Part shown: one piece after another, positions 1 to 8,307 of the stretch | Position numbering within the stretch: position 1 is the stretch's first letter | How the letters are laid out: every line of letters begins with the position of its first letter | DNA from: Patescibacteria group bacterium | Lineage (GTDB): Bacteria > Patescibacteriota > Minisyncoccia > Moranbacterales > UBA2206 | DNA: 41,418 bases | Direction: 5' to 3' | NCBI GenBank assembly: GCA_038063775.1 | Contig: JBBTUK010000009.1 | Coordinates: 21,379-62,796, forward strand | Program-made: the position numbers and the translations under genes | Notes under the pieces: model-generated | What the model was told of the DNA's origin: nothing | What the model saw: only the letters and a program-made list of their open reading frames with translations | Database searches by the model: none

Positions 1-1191
1 TTCATAAGCTGCCGGCGTGGCCGAAGTAAAGATCAGTTGATTTATTTTCTTCTCAAATTCGCTAAACTTGAGCGGCCGGTTATCAAAAGCGCTCGGCAAA
101 CGGAATCCGTTTTCTACCAAAGAATTTTTCCGTGAATAATCGCCGTTAAACATCCCATTGAGCTGGGGTACCGTTACATGCGATTCGTCAAGCACCATTA
201 AAAAATCTTCGGGAAAATAATCAATGAGTGTGTAAGGCGCTTCACCGGCTTTCCGACCGGTTAAAAACCTGGAATAATTTTCAATTCCGTTGCAATAGCC
301 GATCTCTTTCATCATTTCCAGATCCTGTTTGGTCCTTCTTTCCAGCCTTTCCGCTTCCAAAAGTTTTTTATTTTCCCGGAGCCACTTCACCCGCTCCTTT
401 ATTTCTTTTTCTATTTCTTGGAGCGCGCTTTCCATCATTGGTTCCGGCACCACAAAATGTTTGGCTGGATAAATTACTGCTTTTTCAAGTTTACCCAACT
501 CTTCGCCAGTCAAAAAATCATACTCAAAAATCTTAGCGACTCGCTCGCCGGAAATCTCAATCCTAGTTACAATTTCCCGCCCCGGCGGCATTATTTCCAA
601 CGTTTCGCCAGTTACGCGAAATTTTCCACGCGTCAAAACATCGCTTCTTTTATACTGCATCTCGATCAATTCTTTTATAATGGAGGCACGGTCAATTGTT
701 TCCCCTAGTTTTATTTCTAGCGTGATATCGCGGTAATATTCCGGCGATCCCAAACCGTAAATGCAGGAAACGGAGGCGACGATGATAGTGTCCTTTCTGG
801 AAAGCAAAGCGGCCGTGGACGCATGCCGCAGCCGGTCAATCTCTTCATTGATCTGCGCTTCCTTTTCAATGTAAGTGTCGCTCGAGGCGATGTAGGCCTC
901 CGGCTGGTAATAGTCATAATAAGAAACGAAATATTCCACAGCATTTTTGGGGAAAAAGGTCCGGAACTCTTGCGCCAATTGCGCCGCCAGAGTCTTGTTG
1001 GGCGCGATGACCAAGGTTGGCTTCTGGACTTTTTCGATCACATTGGCGATGGTGAAAGTTTTGCCCGATCCCGTCACGCCTAAAAGCGTCTGGAATTTTT
1101 GCCCGGATTTTATACCTTTGACCAACTTATCTATGGCCTTCGGTTGATCTCCGTCTGGTTTAAATTTTGAATTTATTTTAAACTTTCCCAT
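1..1191 (-). CDS. uvrB: excinuclease ABC subunit B, N-terminal ~397 codons (3' end lies outside the window)
   Basis: Minus-strand translation from the ATG at 1189-1191 reads [47 protein letters not shown] (Walker A) ...[10 protein letters not shown]... and stays open to position 1. It is absent from the ORF track because it has no in-window stop. The plus-strand ORFs at 228-1147 are out-of-frame shadows. Confidence 0.93.
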   Translation of the reverse strand, partial: MGKFKINSKFKPDGDQPKAIDKLVKGIKSGQKFQTLLGVTGSGKTFTIANVIEKVQKPTLVIAPNKTLAAQLAQEFRTFFPKNAVEYFVSYYDYYQPEAYIASSDTYIEKEAQINEEIDRLRHASTAALLSRKDTIIVASVSCIYGLGSPEYYRDITLEIKLGETIDRASIIKELIEMQYKRSDVLTRGKFRVTGETLEIMPPGREIVTRIEISGERVAKIFEYDFLTGEELGKLEKAVIYPAKHFVVPEPMMESALQEIEKEIKERVKWLRENKKLLEAERLERRTKQDLEMMKEIGYCNGIENYSRFLTGRKAGEAPYTLIDYFPEDFLMVLDESHVTVPQLNGMFNGDYSRKNSLVENGFRLPSAFDNRPLKFSEFEKKINQLIFTSATPAAYE

Positions 1192-1192
1192 A

Positions 1193-1268
1193 CCCGGTAG
1201 TAGAATTTTGACTTATTTATTTACTAAATTTTCTCCCGGAGAAAATTGGTCAAAATTTCACTACCGGG
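1193..1268 (-). repeat. palindromic MITE-like element, subfamily A (76 bp), flanked by CATA/CATA (TATG on the gene strand)
   Basis: Arms are cccggtagtagaattttgac ... gtcaaaatttcactaccggg, with an internal hairpin aattttct-ccgg-agaaaatt. It is nearly the reverse complement of the copy at 18832-18907. It abuts the uvrB ATG. Confidence 0.85.
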
Positions 1269-1374
1269 CATATCAGCATATACTACAACTCTAATGCAAA
1301 AATGTCCAAAATAAAAGGGCAGTTTGTCTGCCCGAAAAAGACTGTGAACTTTATGGACCTTATAAACTTTCAAC

Positions 1375-2475
1375 TTATAAGTATGCTTGCTTTCCCCTCT
1401 CAGTAAGCTTTTCAATGATCTTTTTCACATCACCGACATTTTTCCGGTCAACTACCAAAATGGCATCGTCGGTCTCAACAATAATAATGTCTTTGAGACC
1501 GATCGTGGCCACCAGCTTGTCTGAGGCATGAATAAAGCAGTTCTTGCTGTTCACATCCACATGCTTGCCTTTGGCCACCACCGATTTGCCTAGGTTCCCT
1601 TTAAAAAAATCAAAAAGAGCTCCCCAATTTCCGACATCGCTCCAGTCCAGTTCCGAAGGGACGACCAAGCGGTCATTTTTCCCTAATTTTTCCACGATGG
1701 CTGGTTCGACTGGTCTCGCTTTCAGACCATTGTAAATTCTATCAGAATTTTTTCGATCTTTTCCCATTTTTTGCAAAGCCTGAAAAATATCCGGCGTCAA
1801 ATCTTTGGTCCATTTCAAAAATTCTTCGGCGGAAAAAATGAAGTAGCCGGCATTCCAGAGATATTCCCAGCCAGTCAGATATTTTTCGGCCGTTTTTCGG
1901 TCCGGTTTTTCAATAAAAGCATCGGCATAAAAAATCCTTTTTTTACCTGAGTTGGAAAATTCTTTTCCCATTTTAATGTAGCCTAATCCGGTGTCGGCAA
2001 AAGTCGGGTTTATTCCCACGGTTATCAGTTTGTCGCTGTGATTTTGCGCTGTTTCGAGAGCTGCTGAAACGGAAATCACAAATTCTTTTTCATTTTTGAT
2101 GGCATGATCCGATGGAATCGTCGCAATAATAGCCGCAGGATTGGAATTATAAATATATTTCGAGACCAATGCGATGGCTGGAGCCGTTCCGCGCGCGGCC
2201 GTTTCAATAATCAGTTGTCCTTTTTTTATCTGGGGCAACTGTTTCAAAGCCAGCTTTTTGTATTTTTCCGTTGTCGAAACCATTATATTCTTCCTCGGGA
2301 CTACTTTGGACACCCGACCGTAAGTCTCCTGGATCATCGTTCTCGAAGAAGTCAGTTTTTGGAACTGCTTGGGCATGTCGCGCCGGCTCAATGGCCAAAG
2401 GCGCGTGCCGGTTCCTCCCGCCATAATTACCGCGTACCAATTGCTCTTTTTTTGTTTCTGATTATTTTTGGGCAT
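1375..2475 (-). CDS. manC: mannose-1-phosphate guanylyltransferase-like nucleotidyltransferase
   Basis: Contains the NTP-transferase signature YAVIMAGGTGTRLWPLSR. I placed the start at ATG 2475 (MPKNNQKQKK) rather than the ORF-track 2523. A hairpin gggcagacaaactgccc plus T-run lies downstream on the minus strand (1313-1345). Confidence 0.85.
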   Translation of the reverse strand: MPKNNQKQKKSNWYAVIMAGGTGTRLWPLSRRDMPKQFQKLTSSRTMIQETYGRVSKVVPRKNIMVSTTEKYKKLALKQLPQIKKGQLIIETAARGTAPAIALVSKYIYNSNPAAIIATIPSDHAIKNEKEFVISVSAALETAQNHSDKLITVGINPTFADTGLGYIKMGKEFSNSGKKRIFYADAFIEKPDRKTAEKYLTGWEYLWNAGYFIFSAEEFLKWTKDLTPDIFQALQKMGKDRKNSDRIYNGLKARPVEPAIVEKLGKNDRLVVPSELDWSDVGNWGALFDFFKGNLGKSVVAKGKHVDVNSKNCFIHASDKLVATIGLKDIIIVETDDAILVVDRKNVGDVKKIIEKLTERGKQAYL

Positions 2476-2553
2476 AAAATGTCGTTTACTTTTATTACCA
2501 TGCTGTATATAATTAAAACACACTAAAATAAAAAGTGAAAGACCCGCTATTGA

Positions 2554-2625
2554 CCCCGTAGTGAATTTTCGGCCGTCCCGCCGTGGCGGGACTGAAAATA
2601 TAAAAGCCGAAAATCTACTACCGGG
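2554..2625 (+). repeat. palindromic MITE-like element, subfamily B (72 bp), flanked by TTGA/TTGA
   Basis: Arms are ccccgtagtgaattttcggc ... gccgaaaatctactaccggg, with an internal GC hairpin gtcccgc-cgtg-gcgggac. The TTGA flanks are at 2550-2553 and 2626-2629. Confidence 0.85.
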
Positions 2626-2654
2626 TTGACCAAATCGGCAATAGCTGATAAGCT
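2626..2654 (+). promoter_or_regulatory. candidate sigma70-type promoter TTGACC-N17-TAAGCT
   Basis: The -35 box begins with the right-hand TTGA flank of the element. It lies 25 nt upstream of the 2679 ATG. Confidence 0.4.
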
Positions 2655-2678
2655 AATATAAGTTTTATCCATAAGTTT

Positions 2679-3026
2679 ATGAGCCTCATAATCCGAATTT
2701 TGGCCAATTCCGCGGCTATTTGGGCCGCTAACCGGCTTATTCCGGGCTTCGTTTTTACCGGCACCTATGTTGAACTTTTCATCGCTGGAGCTGTTTTGGG
2801 AATAGTTAATGGCTTGGTCGGACCGATTTTGAAGCTAATTTCCTTTCCGATAATTTTCCTGACCTTGGGACTTTTCAGCATAGTGATCAACATATTCCTA
2901 TTATACCTGGCAGCCAGTTTTCTCTCCACTCTTCATATCCAGAGCCTTGGCGCGGCTTTTTGGGGAATCATTATCATCAGCCTGATAAACAATTTAGTGA
3001 CCCATCTTAGCAAACAAAACGATTAG
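2679..3026 (+). CDS. small 4-TM membrane protein, YvlD/DUF360 (phage holin family 4)-like
   Basis: 115 aa and highly hydrophobic, with four predicted helices. The family assignment comes from the overall pattern only. Confidence 0.6.
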   Translation: MSLIIRILANSAAIWAANRLIPGFVFTGTYVELFIAGAVLGIVNGLVGPILKLISFPIIFLTLGLFSIVINIFLLYLAASFLSTLHIQSLGAAFWGIIIISLINNLVTHLSKQND

Positions 3027-3030
3027 CCAA

Positions 3031-3252
3031 ATGCTCAAAACAATAAACATAATAGAAATCGTCGTCGCCATCCTCCTCGCCATTTCGATTCTTCTGCAGA
3101 ATCGGGGTGCCGGTCTTTCTTCGACTTTTGGGGGAGACTTCGGAGGATATTACAGCAAGCGTGGCTTTGAAAAATTTTTGGTTTACTTTTCAATTTTCTT
3201 GTCGGCGGTTTTCCTTATTTTGGCGATCGCGGCTTTGTTTCTTAGCAGATAA
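3031..3252 (+). CDS. secG: preprotein translocase subunit SecG
   Basis: 73 aa with two TM helices separated by LLQNRGAGLSSTFGGDFGG, which is typical of SecG. Confidence 0.8.
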   Translation: MLKTINIIEIVVAILLAISILLQNRGAGLSSTFGGDFGGYYSKRGFEKFLVYFSIFLSAVFLILAIAALFLSR

Positions 3253-3261
3253 TTCCCTTGA

Positions 3262-3297
3262 CCTGCCCGCAATGCTACGCGTAGCGTTGCAGCCGGG
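3262..3297. repeat. GC-rich 36-bp palindrome
   Basis: The sequence cctgcccgcaatgctacgcgtagcgttgcagccggg has a near-perfect dyad centred on tacgcgta. It is preceded by TTGA and has no T-run. Confidence 0.6.
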
Positions 3298-3416
3298 TCA
3301 GTAAAATCAAAGATATCAGCGAATACACACGAACCAAGTGGCCATCCCTCAATCAGTGGCCTAACATAACAAAAGTACTCGATCTTAAAGAAAAGATTTT
3401 ATTCTATTTTCTTATC

Positions 3417-5021
3417 GTGCTATTGATTGGCTCCCTCGCGGCTTGGGGATTGTTTTTCTACTATTCAAAAACCAAAGCCCTTCCGGCTTATGGCGGAGAA
3501 TATATCGAAGGCATAGTCGGACAGCCCCAGCACATCAATCCGGTCATCGCTGCTTCCAACAATGCCGACGACAATCTGGCGCAAATAATTTATAGTGGTC
3601 TTTTGCAATATGACGGGCAGGGCAATCTTCGGAATGATTTGGCAGAAAGCTATGAAATTTCCGACGATAAGACTTTGTATACCTTTCACCTCAGGAAAGA
3701 CGCGCTCTGGCATGACGGCCAATTTTTGACCGCTCAAGATGTTTTGTTCACAATAAATTTGATAACCGATCCGGCCTACAAAAGCCCTTTGCGCGGTAAC
3801 TGGCAGGGAATTGAAACAAATTTAGTTGATGATCATACGCTCACCTTCCAGGTTAAAAATCCTTATGTCGGAATGCTCAACAACCTGACTTTCGGCATTT
3901 TACCCAAGCACATTTGGGAATCAACCACGCCAGAGAAATTCCCTCTGTCCGATCTCAACTTGGAACCAATTGGATCGGGGCCCTATAAATACAGCGCTTT
4001 CCAGAAAGATTCCAGCGGGAATATAATTTCTTATAAACTGGCTGCCAACCCGGTTTACTACCAGGAAAAGCCATTCATCACAAAGCTGGCTTTTGATTTC
4101 TATCCGGATGAAGATTCAATATTGGAGGCTTACAATAAAAAGGAGATTATGGGCATCAGCGGTTTATCGCCCCAAAAAGTTTCCAGCATTAAGCTGGAGC
4201 AAAGCACTTTTCTGCACAAATTTAACATCCCGAGATATTTCGCAGTTTTTATAAATCAAACAAAGAGCCTGCCGCTGACTAGCGATGAGGTCAGGGAAGC
4301 TCTTTCCTATGCGACAAACAAACAGGAAATTATTGATACGGTTTTAGGCGGCAATGGAAACCCGATTGATTCACCGATTTTACCGGGCATGGTCGGCTAT
4401 AAGGATGATCTGGAAAAAAGATCTTTTGATCTGGAAAAAGCCAACAAAATTTTGGATGATAATAGTTGGGTGCGCGGAGAAGACGGTATCCGGGCGAAAA
4501 ATAATGTTTTTTTGGAAATAAACATGTTCACGACAGACTGGCTGGAATTAGAACAAACGGCTGAATTGCTCAAAACTCAATGGGAGAAGATTGGAGCCAA
4601 AGTCAGTGTCAACGCCCTTTCCATATCCGACATCCAGCAAAACTATATCCGGCCCAGGGAATATGACTCTCTGCTTTTCGGCCAAGTCCTGGGAGCCGAC
4701 CCTGATCCGTATTCCTTCTGGCATTCAGGGCAAAAAAGGGATCCGGGCCTTAATTTGTCTCTTTTTGGAGATAACAAGACGGACGCCTTGATTGAAAAAG
4801 GCCGGATCGAATTTGATGTTGAAAAAAGAGCCGAACTATACCGGGAGTTCCAGCAAAATGTGAACGAGGAGATTCCGGCCATTTTTCTTTACAGCCCAGA
4901 TTACATTTACCCGGTCAACAAAAAAGTCCAGGGAATCGACGTGCAAAACATCATCTCTCCCGCCAGACGCTTTTCAGACATCAGCCATTGGTTCATCAAA
5001 ACCAAGAGGGTTTGGAAATAA
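3417..5021 (+). CDS. ABC transporter substrate-binding protein, family 5 (peptide/nickel type)
   Basis: 534 aa with an N-terminal membrane anchor. Its length and motifs fit OppA/DppA-like family-5 SBPs. It uses a GTG start, and no canonical start codon lies further upstream in frame after the stop at 3282. Confidence 0.8.
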   Translation: MLLIGSLAAWGLFFYYSKTKALPAYGGEYIEGIVGQPQHINPVIAASNNADDNLAQIIYSGLLQYDGQGNLRNDLAESYEISDDKTLYTFHLRKDALWHDGQFLTAQDVLFTINLITDPAYKSPLRGNWQGIETNLVDDHTLTFQVKNPYVGMLNNLTFGILPKHIWESTTPEKFPLSDLNLEPIGSGPYKYSAFQKDSSGNIISYKLAANPVYYQEKPFITKLAFDFYPDEDSILEAYNKKEIMGISGLSPQKVSSIKLEQSTFLHKFNIPRYFAVFINQTKSLPLTSDEVREALSYATNKQEIIDTVLGGNGNPIDSPILPGMVGYKDDLEKRSFDLEKANKILDDNSWVRGEDGIRAKNNVFLEINMFTTDWLELEQTAELLKTQWEKIGAKVSVNALSISDIQQNYIRPREYDSLLFGQVLGADPDPYSFWHSGQKRDPGLNLSLFGDNKTDALIEKGRIEFDVEKRAELYREFQQNVNEEIPAIFLYSPDYIYPVNKKVQGIDVQNIISPARRFSDISHWFIKTKRVWK

Positions 5022-5079
5022 TTGTTTTTGGATATATAATAGAAACACAAAATTCTTCTTCGTATAACCGCAACTTATG

Positions 5080-5190
5080 CCCAGTAGTGATCCGCCGAAA
5101 GTCCGATTGATTACTACTGATTAAACTAATAAAGCTACTAACTTTTCAATATATTTTCTGCCGTTAAAAAATAGGCGGACTACTACTGGG
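5080..5190 (+). repeat. palindromic MITE-like element, subfamily A variant (111 bp), flanked by TATG/TATG
   Basis: Arms are cccagtagtgatccgcc ... ggcggactactactggg. The TATG flanks are at 5076-5079 and 5191-5194, and the second contains the ATG of the next gene. Confidence 0.8.
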
Positions 5191-5191
5191 T

Positions 5192-6214
5192 ATGAAAAAT
5201 CTTTCGAGTCTGGATAAGAGTAATTTTAGACAAGTTATCATTGATTTCCCCAAGCAGTTTGAGCAGGGCTTTAAATTGGCAAAGGGCATAAAAATTAAAG
5301 GGCAATTCAATTCCTTAGTTGTTTCCGGCATGGGTGGATCTTCCTTGCCCGTTGATGTTTTGAAAATTTATTTGAAATCGCTTTATCGGAAAAATCCCAA
5401 AGAAAACAAACTGTTCACAGTATTTCAAAATCGCACTTACTCTCTTCCCCGCGAAGCCTATTACGGCGGACTTAATTTTATTTCTTCCTATTCCGGAACA
5501 ACCGAAGAAACTATTTCATCTTTAAGGGAAGCAATAAAAAACGAACTGCCGATTGTCGGATTTACATCGGGCGGAAAACTGGCCGAGCTCTGCCAGAAAA
5601 ACAAAATTCCCTGCGTAATATTTCCCAAAGGGATCGAGCCCCGCTCTGCTACCGGATATTTCTTCGCCTCAATGCTACAAGTTTTGGCTAATGCCGGAAT
5701 GATTGAAGATAAAAGCCGGGAATTAATAGCTCTGTCAAAAAATCTGCGGAAAGCTGTTTTGGAACTGGAGCTGGAAGGCAAAAAGATCGCCCAAAAACTC
5801 TTCGGAAAAACGCCCGTTATATACGCCCCCGCCAAGTTCGGAGCGCTGGCGATGATTTGGAAAATAAAAATCAACGAGAACGCCAAAACGCCGGCTTTTT
5901 ACAATGTCTATCCGGAACTCAATCACAACGAAATGGTCGGCTTTACTCTGCCACAAGGAAAATTCCATATCATAACGCTTATGGATAAAAATGACCACCC
6001 GCAAAATATCAAGCGGATGAAAATAACTGCCGCATTGCTTAGAAAAAAGGACATAGAAACAAATCTCATTGAAATGACTGATAAAAATATGTTTGACACT
6101 CTTTTTTCAACGCTTCTTCTCGGCGACTGGGTTTCCTATTACCTGGCTCTTCTCTACAAGCAAGACCCCGGCCCCGTCAAAATAGTAGAGGATCTGAAAA
6201 AACTGCTGGCTTAA
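5192..6214 (+). CDS. bifunctional phosphoglucose/phosphomannose isomerase (SIS domain)
   Basis: 340 aa with the SIS-type motif VVSGMGGSSLP. The architecture matches the archaeal/bacterial PGI/PMI family. Confidence 0.8.
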   Translation: MKNLSSLDKSNFRQVIIDFPKQFEQGFKLAKGIKIKGQFNSLVVSGMGGSSLPVDVLKIYLKSLYRKNPKENKLFTVFQNRTYSLPREAYYGGLNFISSYSGTTEETISSLREAIKNELPIVGFTSGGKLAELCQKNKIPCVIFPKGIEPRSATGYFFASMLQVLANAGMIEDKSRELIALSKNLRKAVLELELEGKKIAQKLFGKTPVIYAPAKFGALAMIWKIKINENAKTPAFYNVYPELNHNEMVGFTLPQGKFHIITLMDKNDHPQNIKRMKITAALLRKKDIETNLIEMTDKNMFDTLFSTLLLGDWVSYYLALLYKQDPGPVKIVEDLKKLLA

Positions 6215-6431
6215 ATTTTAAAGCCTAGAATCCAAATTTTCCCGCCAGGTCGGGATCCCGCCTAGGCGGTGACAAATAAAGTCCAGATCTAGGTTTTAAA
6301 ATTTTGTCATTTGAGCTTGACTTAGAATTTGAGCTTTGAAATTTAGATTTGAAATTCTTAATTTACAACTAATTAACTTCACGCGGCTCTCTGGCAGATT
6401 AAGTCTGCTAGAAAGTTGACAATAAAGAGTT

Positions 6432-8186
6432 ATGCTTAAAAAAGCAAACATAACGGTGATTCCCCTCTCTTCAAATGGGAGCGCTTTTAATCGTTTACAA
6501 TCGAACCGCAATTATTCCAAAAATAATCTGCGCATTATCCCTCTTGGGGGGCTGGAACAAGTCGGCCGCAATATGACCATCTTTGAATACGGTGCTGACA
6601 TCATCATTGTGGATATGGGACTCCAGTTCCCGGACGAAGACATGCCGGGCATTGATTACCTTATCCCGGACATCACCTATCTGCACGGCAAAGAAAAAAA
6701 TATCCGCGGCGTGCTCATCACCCACGGCCATTACGACCACATCGGAGCCATTCCCCATATTATGGAACGGATTGGCAATCCGCCGATTTATATGACTGAG
6801 CTGACGCGCGGAATCGTCATGAAAAGACAAGACGATTATAAAGACAAGTCGCCGCTCAACATCCATACGGTCAAAAAAATAGATCGTCTGCGGCTCGGCG
6901 CCTTTAACATTGAATTTTTCCATGTCAACCACACCATTCCGGACGCCGTCGGCATCGCCCTCACCACGCCGGTTGGCACCGTCATCCACACCGGTGACTT
7001 CAAGTTTGATCATTCACCGGTTTCCGACGATCCAGCCGATGTCGCCAAAATCGCCCGGCTCGGCAGCGAGAATGTTCTGGCTTTGATGTCGGATTCAACC
7101 GATTCCAAGACTCCCGGCTATTCCCTTTCCGAATCAAAAATCGCCAAGACTTTGGACGAGATATTCGAACGCACGGAAGGTCGACTCATCATCGCCACCT
7201 TCGCCGCGCTCATCAGCCGCATCCAATCGGTCGTGACAGCGGCGGAAAAACACGGACGCAAAGTCGCCGTTGACGGCTATTCTATGCGCACGAATGTCGA
7301 AATCGCCAAAAATCTCGGTTATCTCCAAGCCAGAAAAGGCACCTTGATCCCGATAAACAAGATTGGCGATTATCCGGAAAGCAAAATAGCGATTCTTTGC
7401 ACCGGAGCGCAGGGTGAAGCCAACGCGGTGCTGATGCGCATCATCAACGGTGAACACCGCTTTGTCAAAGTCAAAAAAGGCGACACTTTCATTTTGTCTT
7501 CCTCGGTCATTCCTGGAAACGAAAGAACGGTGCAGTCCATTATGGACACGCTCTACCGGAAAGATGCCAAGGTCATCCATTACAAAATGATGGATGTTCA
7601 CGCCGGCGGACACGCCCGTCAGGAAGATTTGAAAATGATGATCAATTTGATCCGCCCGAAATATCTCATTCCTATCCACGGAAATTATTATATGCTGAAA
7701 CTCCACGGGGAACTCGGCATCTCGGTTGGCTTGGATCCGAAAAACATCCTGATCGGCGAAAACGGACGAGTGATCGAATTTGATTACCGCGGCAACGGGA
7801 AAATCACCGAAGAAAAAGTGCCGACTAATCAAATTATGGTGGACGGCTTGGGGGTGGGCGACATCGGACAAGTGGTCTTGCGCGACCGGCAAGTCTTGGC
7901 CAAAGACGGTATGTTCACCATCATCGTCATCATTGACGGCAAGACCAAAAAGATTATCGGCAAACCTCAAGTCACTTCCCGCGGATTCATCTTTGTCAAG
8001 GAGAACTTTGATCTGGTGAACGCCACCAAGAAAAAAGTGGAAGAGATCATCGCCCAAAAAACTTCGAAAGGGGCAGCGGTCAATTGGGATTATGTGAAAA
8101 ACAACATCCGCGAAACGGTGGGCTCATTCCTCTACCAAAAGACCCAAAGGAGACCCATGATTCTTCCAGTCGTAATAGAAGTATAG
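6432..8186 (+). CDS. rnj: ribonuclease J
   Basis: 584 aa starting LRIIPLGGLEQVGRNMT, with the metallo-beta-lactamase motif ITHGHYDHIG, a beta-CASP region and an RNase J C-terminal domain. Confidence 0.93.
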   Translation: MLKKANITVIPLSSNGSAFNRLQSNRNYSKNNLRIIPLGGLEQVGRNMTIFEYGADIIIVDMGLQFPDEDMPGIDYLIPDITYLHGKEKNIRGVLITHGHYDHIGAIPHIMERIGNPPIYMTELTRGIVMKRQDDYKDKSPLNIHTVKKIDRLRLGAFNIEFFHVNHTIPDAVGIALTTPVGTVIHTGDFKFDHSPVSDDPADVAKIARLGSENVLALMSDSTDSKTPGYSLSESKIAKTLDEIFERTEGRLIIATFAALISRIQSVVTAAEKHGRKVAVDGYSMRTNVEIAKNLGYLQARKGTLIPINKIGDYPESKIAILCTGAQGEANAVLMRIINGEHRFVKVKKGDTFILSSSVIPGNERTVQSIMDTLYRKDAKVIHYKMMDVHAGGHARQEDLKMMINLIRPKYLIPIHGNYYMLKLHGELGISVGLDPKNILIGENGRVIEFDYRGNGKITEEKVPTNQIMVDGLGVGDIGQVVLRDRQVLAKDGMFTIIVIIDGKTKKIIGKPQVTSRGFIFVKENFDLVNATKKKVEEIIAQKTSKGAAVNWDYVKNNIRETVGSFLYQKTQRRPMILPVVIEV

Positions 8187-8258
8187 AAGACCGACTTGCC
8201 CCGTGGTCGCCCCTGGCGACTTTACGGGGTGATCCTGCCCGTTGTGATTGAAGTATAA
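8187..8258 (+). other. in-frame duplicate of the rnj C-terminal tail (KT...VILPVVIEV stop), interrupted by a palindrome
   Basis: Directly after the rnj TAG the frame continues as aag acc ... gtg atc ctg ccc gtt gtg att gaa gta taa. This repeats KT/(M/V)ILPVVIEV from 8139-8186, with wobble differences in most codons. Confidence 0.85.
8199..8229. repeat. 31-bp GC-rich palindrome inside the duplicated rnj tail
   Basis: The sequence ccccgtggtcgcc-cct-ggcgactttacgggg gives 12 paired positions. Its termini CCCCGT...ACGGGG resemble the ends of the larger elements. Confidence 0.75.
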
Positions 8259-8267
8259 AAAAGAATT

Positions 8268-8299
8268 AGAAAATCCCCCGCCAAGGCAGAGGATTTTCT
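8268..8299. terminator. hairpin between the convergent rnj and 8308-9120 genes
   Basis: A 9-bp stem agaaaatcc ... ggattttct, followed by T-rich sequence. Confidence 0.5.
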
Positions 8300-8307
8300 A
8301 TTTGGAT

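Noticed and set aside
228-1147. Several plus-strand ORFs (228-536, 418-708, 823-1083, 947-1147) and the minus-strand ORF 717-944
   Set aside because: All overlap the uvrB reading frame, which is open from 1191 to the window edge and has clear UvrB motifs. They are frame shadows with low-complexity translations.
8184-8258. Stop-codon recoding or read-through of the rnj TAG as the explanation for the in-frame second tail
   Set aside because: TAG, TGA and TAA all terminate well-supported genes in this window (recA and GIY-YIG use TAG; the 791-aa gene and ychF use TGA). There is no sign of an alternative code. Low-level read-through cannot be excluded, but it is not needed.
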